Of a DNA stretch of 64,000 nt, positions 1-9,276 are shown in pieces (the stretch's first letter is position 1; each line of letters begins with the position of its first letter). A program made the translations under genes and the position numbers. The stretch comes from Phycisphaeraceae bacterium. Lineage in GTDB: Bacteria > Planctomycetota > Phycisphaerae > Phycisphaerales > Phycisphaeraceae. Below the pieces are notes generated by a model. The model saw nothing but the letters and a program-made list of their open reading frames with translations, searched no databases and was not told where the DNA came from. Where the stretch lies: the NCBI GenBank assembly GCA_963674705.1, contig OY771506.1, positions 2,112,001-2,176,000 of the forward strand, read 5' to 3'.

Positions 1-176
1 AGCAGTGTGCTCCAAAGGGTTGCCGGCAACAGGGGAGGGCGGTGTAGCAGCAGTGCCCGGTGGCCCCGTGCGATCAGCCCTGCCAGATGCGGCATCCCAC
101 CTTTGGTCAGGATGGGGTCCACCAAAGACCAGTCCGTAGCCTCCCAGCCGATCAATAGAACACGCGTTTCAGGCAC
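1..176 (-). CDS. Alkaline phosphatase superfamily / type I phosphodiesterase, 5' part only (runs off the window)
   Basis: Not in the ORF track. My translation from GTG at 176 is MPETRVLLIGWEATDWSLVDPILTKGGMPHLAGLIARGHRALLLHRPPLLPATLWSTL, which fits the family N-terminus VLLIGWDxADW...MPNL...PP...LWTS. AAGGA lies upstream. Confidence 0.7.
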   Translation of the reverse strand, partial: MPETRVLLIGWEATDWSLVDPILTKGGMPHLAGLIARGHRALLLHRPPLLPATLWSTL

Positions 177-674
177 TGGGCATCATCCTTCAAGTAAATC
201 AAGGTGGCATGTCAGCATGGTTATGAGCATCATGGAGACTTCGCCGGTATGAGGATCGTTTGCCGTCACATGGGGAGCTTTAATGGTCACAATACCACCA
301 TCCAGGAGGGTGTCGGACGGGTGGGTATATACCTATACCGGCCCTAAACACCATGTAACGGCCCTGATATCAGCCAATTACCAAATGGGCATCATATACG
401 ATTATTATCGTCAATTTGCTAGGCTAGCATCTTGACTTACAGATTTCGTCGGTTATGCTAAGCAGGTCTGACTTTGTCCAAAGCAGCAGGAGCGGAGAAC
501 CGGCAACACTTGAATCAGGTTTTTCTGTCCGTGCTCAGGATCTTGAGGGTTAACGAACGGACACGACGCCCTCGGTTATGCCAGAACCTCATCAATTTGG
601 CGCGATCTATCTTTATGCGCCTGGTTGGACACCGAATGGCTTGTTGGTTCAAAAACTCAGGAGAGGAGAACAGG

Positions 675-1439
675 ATGCAGATGACTACAAACACGAATGA
701 TCGGTCCGCAGCGAATCGGTCACTCAGCTTCGTCAAACTCACCGGTATGGTTGCAGGCGTTGCCGGTGTCGGCGGGCTTGCCTTGCCTTCGGCGACGGCC
801 GGCGTCGTATACACACCGCTGGATGTTACGATCAGCAGCAGCGGTACAACCTCATTTGATATTGAGCAGCCGCCTTTGGGGGAGAATTCCGACAACGATC
901 CGATATTCACCGTCACGGCCGACACGGTTAACGGCGTGTATGGTACGAAGCCGACGGCTGGCAATGCGTTCTCGATCTCGGTATACACCAATGAGAACTT
1001 TGCAGGCAATGTCGACGAGACCGATCCGCCCGTTGCTAACCTCACGGGTTATACCGCCGGTACGTTGCTGGACAGCCCAGCCTTTGTTGTCTCGACCCAG
1101 GACAGCGGTACGGATGCCGCGCCCGATCAGCCCAAGTTTCAATTGCTGTCTGCCGATGGTTTGACCGGCGACTTTGCCGTCAGCGCCGGCACGTTATACA
1201 TCGGTTTTAATAAGTCTGTGGGATCGACTATTTCTAATCCCAATGATTACTTCCACGGCTGGATCGGCGTGGAGGTCCTTAGCACAGGCGCCGAAGTCAG
1301 CGCCCACATTACCGGTATCGCGATTGAGAGTGTGCCCGATACGCCCATCGTCGCCGGTGCGGTACCCGAGCCGTCATCGGTAGCGTTGCTTGCTCTCGGC
1401 AGCGCCGGACTTGCGGGCTATCGCCAACGAAGAGCCTGA
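675..1439 (+). CDS. PEP-CTERM sorting-domain secreted protein
   Basis: C-terminus VPEPSSVALLALGSAGLAGYRQRRA; hydrophobic signal-like N-terminus; AGGAG RBS before ATG 675. Confidence 0.85.
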   Translation: MQMTTNTNDRSAANRSLSFVKLTGMVAGVAGVGGLALPSATAGVVYTPLDVTISSSGTTSFDIEQPPLGENSDNDPIFTVTADTVNGVYGTKPTAGNAFSISVYTNENFAGNVDETDPPVANLTGYTAGTLLDSPAFVVSTQDSGTDAAPDQPKFQLLSADGLTGDFAVSAGTLYIGFNKSVGSTISNPNDYFHGWIGVEVLSTGAEVSAHITGIAIESVPDTPIVAGAVPEPSSVALLALGSAGLAGYRQRRA

Positions 1440-1485
1440 TCAGCGAATTGGTCCCGCTGGCAAATTGAATACAAATCATGACTTT

Positions 1486-1521
1486 AGCCCTCGTCCAATC
1501 AGTGACGGACGAGGGCTTTTT
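1486..1521 (+). terminator. Rho-independent terminator
   Basis: AGCCCTCGTCC / GGACGAGGGCT stem followed by a T run. Confidence 0.8.
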
Positions 1522-1735
1522 CTATCGATGCGTTACGAAAAAAGTGTCGCATGTGACGGCCCAGTGGTTTGTGACTTGGCTTAACGACAGGTTGTCCACC
1601 GATACTACCCTTCTTGATCGGTACGGCTGTTAAAGTAGTGCCCGGTTTATCATGCGAGTTTGCCTTCTTGGGATTTTGCATGAAGCTATTCAGTTATCCA
1701 GCCGCTCTTCGAATCATTGATCATGTTGCTGCAAC

Positions 1736-3180
1736 CCTAGAGTGGTCCAAACCTAGAGTGGTCCAAACCCTCTTCGGTAAGTCGGGTATGATTTTTTTGT
1801 GGTGCTGGCCCTCTGGATTTCAGATTTTTTCAAAAAGATTTGGGGGTGCTTCAGCGGGAACCAGTGGGGCGATTGGGGCGGCGAAGGGGGCCAGGCAAAT
1901 CGGCATCGACTGGCAATCCGCCAGGGGTGGTCCATAATGTTGGGCAGTTGCCACTACTGGACTTACGACATTTGGACTGGAGGGTGGATTTGTGCTTCAA
2001 CGTTGGTTGATGGTCGCGTTTTTGATGCTTACCGAGGCTTGGTCGGTCCGCCGAGATAACCAGATCCGGTTCCTGAAACTTCAACTCGAACTGTACAAGG
2101 GGAAGGTGCCAGGCAACCGTGTGATCCTGTCTCCGGAAGAGCGTCGTCGCATGCTTCGGTTGGGCAAAAAGCTGGAGCATCAAGGTAGATGATCTCGTCG
2201 GGATCGTGAGTGTCAAGACGTACAGGCGGTGGTTGCGTGAACAAAAAGAGGGCCGGGAACCGGGGCGAGTTGGCCGGCCGCGGAAGATCACCGCGTCGGT
2301 CCGTGCATTGATCCTGCGCTTGGCCAGGGAGAATACCGGCTGGGGTGTAAGGCGGATCGTGGGCGAGTTGCGGAAGCTGGCGCTGACGCCCAGCCGCAGC
2401 TCGGTGCAGCGTGTGCTGGAACGCGAAGGGATCTTGCCGGACCCGGACCGCCGTGCGCCGAAGGGCGTGGCCACGCCGTGGCGGCTGTTCGTGTCGGCAC
2501 ATCTCAACACGATGGTGGCGACAGACTTCTTTTGTAAGAATGTCTGGACACCGTTTGGCAAACGTGTCGCTTTTGGATTGATGTTCATCCATTTGGGTAG
2601 TCGGAAGGTGTTCGTATCGCCGAGCACTTACCATCCGACCGGCGAGTGGGTGCAGCAACAAGCACGCAATGTGACGATGTGGCTGGAGGATGAAAACCTG
2701 GAACTTCGCTTCCTGATCCACGACGGTGACACGAAGTTCACCGAAGCCTTCGACGAACACTTCCGAAACGTGGGCGAACGGATTGTCAAGACGCCGTTCC
2801 AGGCTCCGGTCGCGAATTGTTTCGCCGAATCGTGGATCGGCACCCTTAAACGCGAGTGCCTGAATCACTTCTTCTGCTTCAGCCTCCGCCACATAGACCA
2901 CATCGTGCAAACTTATGTGGACTACTATAATCGTCTCCGCGCGCATCAAGGCAAGGACAACCGGCCGCTGACTATGAGCAATGATCCGATCGAAGTGACC
3001 GAGTCCCCGCCGCCGACTGTGGAAGTCGGGCCTGTTCGGAGACACGTGTTGTTGGGCGGTCTGTTGAATCATTACGAGCGGAAAGCAGCATGAAATAAGC
3101 GAAAACGGGCAGAGCCCAACAAATTGGACCGGCCCCGGCCGGCGGTTGGTTCTCGCCGTACTCGCAAATGGACCACTTCA
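1736..3180 (+). mobile_element. IS3/IS481-like insertion sequence (rve DDE transposase); ends approximate
   Basis: Left end has CCTAGAGTGGTCCAAA twice in tandem (1736-1767). The inverted TGGACCACT is at ~3169-3177, with further GGTCCA copies at ~1928 and ~3125. The transposase lies between them. Confidence 0.65.
1992..3093 (+). pseudogene. DDE transposase/integrase-core protein split by a +1 frameshift near 2184
   Basis: ORF 1992-2192 (...GKKLEHQ) continues in the +1 frame as VDDLVGIVSVKTYRRW into ORF 2206-3093, which has ATDFF / LIHDGDTKF / FAESWIGTLKRE DDE motifs. Confidence 0.75.
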
Positions 3181-4708
3181 CTTATCCACGAGCATCGACA
3201 GCTTATCTCAGGCGTTTGAGCGACTGGAGCGATCACTCCGAGACGATCTAGCCACGGCACGGAAAGATGCGGGCGAGAGGGGTCGCCTTCAGCGAGAAGA
3301 GGTTAGCAAGGCGATGGAGGCGTTTCGATCTGCGATGGTTGACACCCTCTCGAAACTGTCTGAGGCACAGAAGGGCCGCCTTGAGGAGTTTGGGAAACGG
3401 CTGACAGACAACAGCGATGCTAGTATTCGAAAGCTTGACGAAATGAAGACCGCGGTGGATTCGCGTCTCAAGACTTCGCAGGAAGAAACAGCAAAGAGCC
3501 TGGATCAAATGCGGACGGAGTCGAATGCAGGTGCGAAGTCCACACGCGACGAGTCGGCGAAGTCCCTTCGAGAGTTCAGCGAACAGCTTGTTAAGCGTGT
3601 GGCCGACGGATTCAAGGAGCAGAACGACCGCCTGGATAGTTTCTCTCGCCGTTTGGGCGAGCTGATCGAGGCCAGCGACAAGCGTAGCGAAGCCCTGAAA
3701 GCGAGTGTTGAACAACGGCTCGATAAGCTACGTGAGGAAAACGCACAGAAGCTTGCTGAGATGCAGAAGGTTGTTGATGAGAAACTTCAGGGCACGCTTG
3801 AGAAGCGATTGGGCGAGTCATTCAAACAGGTAAGCGAGCGACTGGAGCAGGTACATAAGGGCCTCGGGGAGATGCAGTCCCTTGCAAATGGTGTCGGCGA
3901 TCTCAAGCGAGTCATGACCAACGTCAAATCGAGGGGAACATGGGGCGAATTCCAGCTCTCGGCCATTCTGGAACAGGTATTGTCGACAGATCAGTATGAA
4001 GCGAATGTCGCCACGAAGCCAGGGGGCAGTGAACGTGTCGAATTCGCGATTCGGCTACCCGGTAAGGATGACGCAGATAGCGCGGTGGTCTATCTGCCAA
4101 TTGATGCGAAGTTTCCATCCGAAGATTATCTGCGTCTGATCGACGCCCAAGACGCTGCTGATCCCGATGGCGTGGCAACGGCAAGCAAGCAACTCGAAAA
4201 CGCGATCAAGTCGTGTGCGAAAGATATCTCAACAAAGTACTTGTCTCCTCCCCACACGACTGATTTTGGGATCATGTTCCTCCCAACTGAAGGGCTTTAC
4301 GCTGAGGTTGTACGGAGGGCCGGACTGGTCGAGCATTGTCAACGGCACTGCCGGGTTGTCGTCGCTGGCCCAACGACACTCGCAGCTATTCTGAATTCAC
4401 TTCAGATGGGGTTCCGAACGTTGGCAATTCAGAAGCGTTCAAGCGAGGTCTGGAAAGTTCTCGGGGCTGTTAAGACGGAGTTTGGTAAGTTTGGCGACGT
4501 CATCGCAAAGGTCAAGAAGAAATTGCAAGAAGCGGCCAACACGGTTGACCAAGCCGAAACTCGGACTCGTGTAATGACCAGAGAGTTACGGAATGTCGAA
4601 CAACTGCCTGCCGATCAAGCGGTCGCAGTTCTGGGACTGTCGGACAATGGCGATGAAACGACGACTGACTCTGCGGGTGCGGACGTGATCGACACTCAGG
4701 TGGATTGA
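3146..4708 (+). CDS. rmuC: DNA recombination protein RmuC, probably 5'-truncated
   Basis: Long coiled coil, then NVKSRGTWGE, LPIDAKFP, MFLPTEGLYAE, GPTTLAAILNSLQMGFRTLAIQKRSSEVW. The start overlaps the IS end and no N-terminal TM helix is visible. Confidence 0.85.
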   Translation: MVLAVLANGPLHLSTSIDSLSQAFERLERSLRDDLATARKDAGERGRLQREEVSKAMEAFRSAMVDTLSKLSEAQKGRLEEFGKRLTDNSDASIRKLDEMKTAVDSRLKTSQEETAKSLDQMRTESNAGAKSTRDESAKSLREFSEQLVKRVADGFKEQNDRLDSFSRRLGELIEASDKRSEALKASVEQRLDKLREENAQKLAEMQKVVDEKLQGTLEKRLGESFKQVSERLEQVHKGLGEMQSLANGVGDLKRVMTNVKSRGTWGEFQLSAILEQVLSTDQYEANVATKPGGSERVEFAIRLPGKDDADSAVVYLPIDAKFPSEDYLRLIDAQDAADPDGVATASKQLENAIKSCAKDISTKYLSPPHTTDFGIMFLPTEGLYAEVVRRAGLVEHCQRHCRVVVAGPTTLAAILNSLQMGFRTLAIQKRSSEVWKVLGAVKTEFGKFGDVIAKVKKKLQEAANTVDQAETRTRVMTRELRNVEQLPADQAVAVLGLSDNGDETTTDSAGADVIDTQVD

Positions 4709-4792
4709 TTCGTCGCGGCTATCAAAGGGTAACTGCCGAACGGCCCCAATGGTGATAATCGCTCGGGCGTGATCCGAACTGGAAACGTTCCT

Positions 4793-5060
4793 CTTTGAGC
4801 GCAACCTTCCCATAACCCGAGCCCATGTCTCTGCCCGGCGAAGAGAGACTTTCGGTCCAGACGGGCCGATCTGGCGGCCGGGACCGCTGATCCGGTTATG
4901 ATGTGGGGCGAATAAGAGACACGGATAGAATTAGCCGCCAGTCGTAAATTGAGGCCATAACTGGCGTAAAAACGAAAACGCCACCGAGATCTCTCGGCGG
5001 CGTTCTGCGTTAACCGTGGGGCCGGTTGGGTTTGCAACCGGCCGACTAATAGCGGGGGCA
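4793..5060. repeat. ~265-bp degenerate copy of the att-arm segment at 22981-23249, ending in a tRNA-Met 3' fragment
   Basis: Collinear similarity GAGCGCAACC..CATAACCCGAGC..GAAGAGAGACTTT..AACTGGCGTAAAAA..hairpin..TAGCGGGGGCA. Confidence 0.9.
4975..5004 (-). terminator. Terminator downstream of a former tRNA 3' end
   Basis: AACGCCACCGAG-atct-CTCGGCGGCGTT with a U tract on the minus strand; homologous to 23164-23193. Confidence 0.7.
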
Positions 5061-5162
5061 CGGCTTGGTATCTGCACGCGACCGGACGGCGGCCTCTTCT
5101 GGCCGTTCGCGTGGGGGCCGGACGGCGTGATAGATACCTTCGCATAGTGTGCCTGGGACACG

Positions 5163-5576
5163 TTAAGCCTCTAGAAATCGGCCAATGCGATCTGTCAACT
5201 TGCCTACTTTGGTCGGTTTCGTCTGGCATTCCCAAATCACGAGCACATCCCATCCTTCACGTCTAAGGCGGCGTTGTACTTTTCGATCCCGTTTGACATT
5301 TGCCTCAAATTTCGATGACCAGAATGTCTTGCGTGTACTTGGCATTGACTTTCCTCGCCTACACGAATGGCGGTGCCAGAAGCACCCATGCACGAAAATA
5401 ACCTTTCTACGGCCCGCGAACACAAGGTCGGGTTTGCCTGGCAGGCGGTGATCATGCAATCGGTAGCGATAACCCATGGCATGAGTCAAACGTCGGACCA
5501 CAATCTCGGGCTTGGTGTCGGTCCCACGAATACGCGACATGATCTCACTACGACGAATTGAGGTCATTGTGTCCAT
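5163..5576 (-). CDS. vsr: Very-short-patch repair endonuclease
   Basis: MDTMTSIRRSEIMSRIRGTDTKPE...LPGKPDLVF...FVHGCFWHRH...GWDVLVIWECQ. Confidence 0.95.
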   Translation of the reverse strand: MDTMTSIRRSEIMSRIRGTDTKPEIVVRRLTHAMGYRYRLHDHRLPGKPDLVFAGRRKVIFVHGCFWHRHSCRRGKSMPSTRKTFWSSKFEANVKRDRKVQRRLRREGWDVLVIWECQTKPTKVGKLTDRIGRFLEA

Positions 5577-5601
5577 CTGTTCGCCACGATAAGCTATGTA
5601 A

Positions 5602-6411
5602 GTGGCTGATTCAACGAAACCATCAGGTGTCAACGATCTGGAGGCGATTAAAATCGCCAATTGGCTCCAGGCAGAATCGCGGATCGATAAGATCGGCTTG
5701 GCGATTCGCACCGCCATCGACTGGGTGATCGATGGTGCACGTACTAGACGGTTTGACTTGGATCAGGTTGAGCAAGGTGAAAAGCTGTACCTTGGCAATC
5801 GCGTTGAATACGAAGTTATTCATCAACTCGACCTGATAAAGAACAGTCAAGGCATTGATACTACGATCTGTGATTGTTTGGTTGATATCAAATTTTCGAT
5901 TGCTACAAGTTGGATGATACCACCTGAAGGCGTCGGTCATATCTGTCTATTGCTTTCTGCTGATGACCATAGATCAGTGTATTCGGTTGGGGTGCTGCGC
6001 GCACGGCCGGAATACCTGAATGCGCCAAACCGAGATGGGAAGCGGAGTATCAACAAAAAGAAGGGGTACTCACAAATTGAGTGGGTCACCCAGGATTCTG
6101 GTCTTCAAAAAAATTTCTTACTTCATCTCGAACCCGAAATCCGTGAACGAATACTTTCGGAAAGGAGTGGTCAGGCTAGAGTTACGCAGGCATTCCGCCT
6201 TGTGCTTGAAAGGCCGATTTCTGTTATTGCTTTGGATACTCTCGCCGTGCAACGCGACCCATCGAAGCGCGCCAGAGATGCAAGAAAGGCGCTTGCGAAA
6301 GAAGGTATTCGGGTTCTATGCGGACGATGGGAAGACGATAGAACCGAGGCGAGTAGATTAGGTATGCCCAAACTCAAAGTAGACGAGTGGATCTCTACTC
6401 GGCAGCGCTAA
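5602..6411 (+). CDS. NaeI-family type II restriction endonuclease
   Basis: IDGARTRRFDLDQVEQGEKLYLGNRVE...VDIKFS..WMIPPEGVGHICLL..DD..S..SVGVLRARPEYL pattern; adjacent to a C5-MTase and vsr. Confidence 0.8.
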   Translation: MADSTKPSGVNDLEAIKIANWLQAESRIDKIGLAIRTAIDWVIDGARTRRFDLDQVEQGEKLYLGNRVEYEVIHQLDLIKNSQGIDTTICDCLVDIKFSIATSWMIPPEGVGHICLLLSADDHRSVYSVGVLRARPEYLNAPNRDGKRSINKKKGYSQIEWVTQDSGLQKNFLLHLEPEIRERILSERSGQARVTQAFRLVLERPISVIALDTLAVQRDPSKRARDARKALAKEGIRVLCGRWEDDRTEASRLGMPKLKVDEWISTRQR

Positions 6412-7837
6412 CTAGTTGCATCTTTCTCGCACCCGCCAACAAGTTTGCAAGGTGTTTTCCAATAGCTTCTGCAAGTGGGATTGGCACGGCATTTCCGATT
6501 TGTTTCGCAACATTGATTTTAGTGCCACAGAATTGGAAGTCATCATCGAAGCCTTGAAGACGCGCAGCTTCGCGGTGTGTGATTGGACGGTCCGCCTCCG
6601 GGTGCAGGTATCGTCCCTTCTCCGGCTTGTAGAATTCGGTCCGTATTGTCACCGATGGGCGATCCCACCACAACCGACCGAATAAGTCAGTACCACCTTG
6701 GGTCTTTCGTTTCCAGCATTCAGGCGTGAGTTCGGGTGGTAAATCAAACCGATTACCTCCGGCAGGAATACATGCGTAGCGCTGCTTCGACATTTCGGTC
6801 GGATTTCGGCCAATATGCCAGTTCTTCCCGCTTGGTTTAAATGGCAGATCACCAATTGCATCTCGCACGGTTAGCCAAGCAGGTAGATCATGAGTCTGCA
6901 GCGTGCGACGTTCAGGATTAACGTGTGTCTGCAGCGGTTTGGTAGGACGCTCCCCCTTCATGCCGATGATGATTGCTCGTTTGCGAGTTTGCGGCGCGCC
7001 ATAGTCTGCCGAATTCAATACCCATGATGCTACGTTGTACCCTAGCGATTCAGCTTCGCGCTGAATTTCTATGAACTCTTGCGATTTCAAGAGTGGTGGT
7101 ACATTCTCCATGACAAACGCAATCGGGTTAGCGTCGCGGACCGCACGAAGGTAGTGCCGCCAAAGTTGCCGTCGTGGATCAAAGGGTACACGCTCGCCTA
7201 GATTACTGAAACCCTGACATGGCGGTCCCCCAGCTACAACATCTGCTTTGGGGAATTCTTTGATTTCTTCAATTGCGCACTGGGCAACCCGTTCCGTGAT
7301 GTTGGCGCGTAACGTATCAGACGCGTCGGGGCTCCATTCTACGGCTAGTTCGGTGCGGAACCCTGCACGTTTGAAACCGAGCGCGAGCCCACCACAACCG
7401 GCGAACAACTCGAGTACCGTAGGGCCATCCCCATCGAGGGGCTCATTCAATACCCCATCCCAATCGGTTTCTCGTAGCGCTACAGTATCAAAAGGGTAAA
7501 GCCGATATTCTCGTTTTCCGATTCGCTCCAATGCGAGCACATCGCCCGGCTGAATCTTATGGTGATCGAAAAACTCGCGCACCCAAGTCCGGGAGCGGAA
7601 CTCACGCCTGGGTTTACCCGACTGGGCATCTCTAGCAATGTCAGTTTCGATGATCTTACGAAGGCCATCAATGCGTATCTTGACCGGTCGGCCCGACTTG
7701 CCAGTAGCGAGACTGGGGGCACCAATGCAATCGTCCGGAAAGAAATCGTGGTGACCGGTGATGTAGACATGGCTGTTGCGCAGGTTCCCGGCTGTAACTC
7801 GGATTAACCGCTTTCTGTCTGCAACAGCACCGCTCAA
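6395..7837 (-). CDS. DNA (cytosine-5)-methyltransferase with an extra ~115-aa N-terminal domain
   Basis: Motifs LFAGCGG, GGPPCQGFS, MENVP, QTRKR, REAARLQGF, QIGNAVP. Confidence 0.95.
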   Translation of the reverse strand: MSGAVADRKRLIRVTAGNLRNSHVYITGHHDFFPDDCIGAPSLATGKSGRPVKIRIDGLRKIIETDIARDAQSGKPRREFRSRTWVREFFDHHKIQPGDVLALERIGKREYRLYPFDTVALRETDWDGVLNEPLDGDGPTVLELFAGCGGLALGFKRAGFRTELAVEWSPDASDTLRANITERVAQCAIEEIKEFPKADVVAGGPPCQGFSNLGERVPFDPRRQLWRHYLRAVRDANPIAFVMENVPPLLKSQEFIEIQREAESLGYNVASWVLNSADYGAPQTRKRAIIIGMKGERPTKPLQTHVNPERRTLQTHDLPAWLTVRDAIGDLPFKPSGKNWHIGRNPTEMSKQRYACIPAGGNRFDLPPELTPECWKRKTQGGTDLFGRLWWDRPSVTIRTEFYKPEKGRYLHPEADRPITHREAARLQGFDDDFQFCGTKINVAKQIGNAVPIPLAEAIGKHLANLLAGARKMQLVSAAE

Positions 7838-8175
7838 ATTTTGCTCCTTCGCTCCAAAGGCCTTCTGGCAATGGTCTTATGGTATACACATTTGGGTATA
7901 ATGAAAAGTGGGAAACCCAAACATTTTACAAACACAGATCGAGCAACGAGTTATTGGCAAATATCTGTGAACGAACCATTCATAGATTTTATGGGAAGGC
8001 TTGTATTTTATGCCTTCAACCATTTCTAGATGATTGGTGACGATATCGGCGTGGTTGAGGTAGATCAACGACAGTGCTGATTATTTAGATTTCGATCTTA
8101 CGAATTACCCCTTGAAATGGAAATAAGGAGATAGTCGGGCACCGAGGCCCGGCCTAACCCTCCAAGGAGACCGCC

Positions 8176-8700
8176 GTGATGAGAATCGGACTGACGTTCG
8201 ACGAATACGTGGACCTGACGCTCAAGCCGCTCAAGGGTGCTGACAAAGCATTTCATAGGGGAGCCGAAACCCTCGTAGGGCAGATGTTCCCGATGACCCT
8301 GGGGGCGGCATCGAGCCACCTTCGGTCTCGCGGGTACGATTGCCGGCCCGAAATGCTCGAAGTGCTTGTTCAGAATGGGGTTGTGACGCCCACAGAAGGC
8401 GCGTGGACCCGGGCGGATGTGGACGCCGCCGCAGACCACTTCGAGGACTGCGAGATGTTCACGCCCTACGCCGCCATGTGCCAGACGCTTGGGTGCGGGT
8501 ACGCCGACTTCGAGCGTCCGCTCCGGGAGGCGGCTGAGCGGGAATCCGAGAAGTGGGGCCGGCGCATCCCCGATGATGACCAGTACTTCGTCATGCACCG
8601 CCAGCCACCCCGGGGCGGCGACAACGCCCGCCCGGCGATCATCACCTTCTCGCTGTGCGACGACATCCGGGAGAGGCTCGAGCGCGGCGAGGAGGTCTGA
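8176..8700 (+). CDS. Hypothetical protein, possible MerR/Xis-like winged HTH; first gene of the element's core operon
   Basis: AAGGAG RBS; MTLGAASSHL...LEVLVQNGVVTP...WTRADV resembles a Xis/MerR fold; abuts the next gene. Confidence 0.6.
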   Translation: MMRIGLTFDEYVDLTLKPLKGADKAFHRGAETLVGQMFPMTLGAASSHLRSRGYDCRPEMLEVLVQNGVVTPTEGAWTRADVDAAADHFEDCEMFTPYAAMCQTLGCGYADFERPLREAAERESEKWGRRIPDDDQYFVMHRQPPRGGDNARPAIITFSLCDDIRERLERGEEV

Positions 8701-9276
8701 GTGGAATCCTCACCTTATGAATTGAAACTAACGGACGACCTTCTGGAATACGCCAGGAAGGTCGCCATCAAGGAGGCGCGCAAGTGCTGCGCGCCGCGCC
8801 ACGACTACAAAAACGTCGTTGGTGAGGCGGTTATGCAACTGATTAGGAAGCCATTGAAGTTTGATCCCTCGCGTGGTGCGAGCGAGAAGACCCTGATCTA
8901 CACCATCGTGAAGCGCGCCGTACTACGGTTTGCGGAGCGCGAGGCGAAGGAGGCGCGTAAGTTCAGGCAATTCCCCGAGCGGGTTGGAGCGGCTCAGGAT
9001 GGCGAGGATAACGAACCGGCGCAGAACCAGATCGGCGAGAGCCGGACAAAGGCGCTTAGACGTGGCCGGTGGACCCTGGATGACATGTTTAAGTACATCG
9101 ACAACGAAGACAGCCGCGCCCTGTGCAAGCTGGTCATCGAATGCGATGGCAACAATAGTGAAGCAGCAAGCAGACTCGGGGTATCTGAAGGCACCGTACG
9201 TTATCGCCTGAAACTCCTTGCCCCCAAACTACGTGCGGCCGGTTTCGACCCGTTTCCCGATGGAGAGGTGCCATGA
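8701..9276 (+). CDS. Sigma-70 family (ECF-like) sigma factor
   Basis: Region-2-like KFDPSRGASEKTLIYTIVKRAV; region-4 HTH SEAASRLGVSEGTVRYRL; GGAGG RBS. Confidence 0.7.
   Translation: MESSPYELKLTDDLLEYARKVAIKEARKCCAPRHDYKNVVGEAVMQLIRKPLKFDPSRGASEKTLIYTIVKRAVLRFAEREAKEARKFRQFPERVGAAQDGEDNEPAQNQIGESRTKALRRGRWTLDDMFKYIDNEDSRALCKLVIECDGNNSEAASRLGVSEGTVRYRLKLLAPKLRAAGFDPFPDGEVP

Noticed and set aside
2160..2206. IS3-type programmed -1 frameshift
   Set aside because: The downstream ORF is in the +1 frame relative to the upstream one, so a single-base insertion is simpler.
7841..8068. Short ORFs in the AT-rich gap between MTase and element core
   Set aside because: No recognisable motif or RBS; more likely a divergent promoter region or gene debris.
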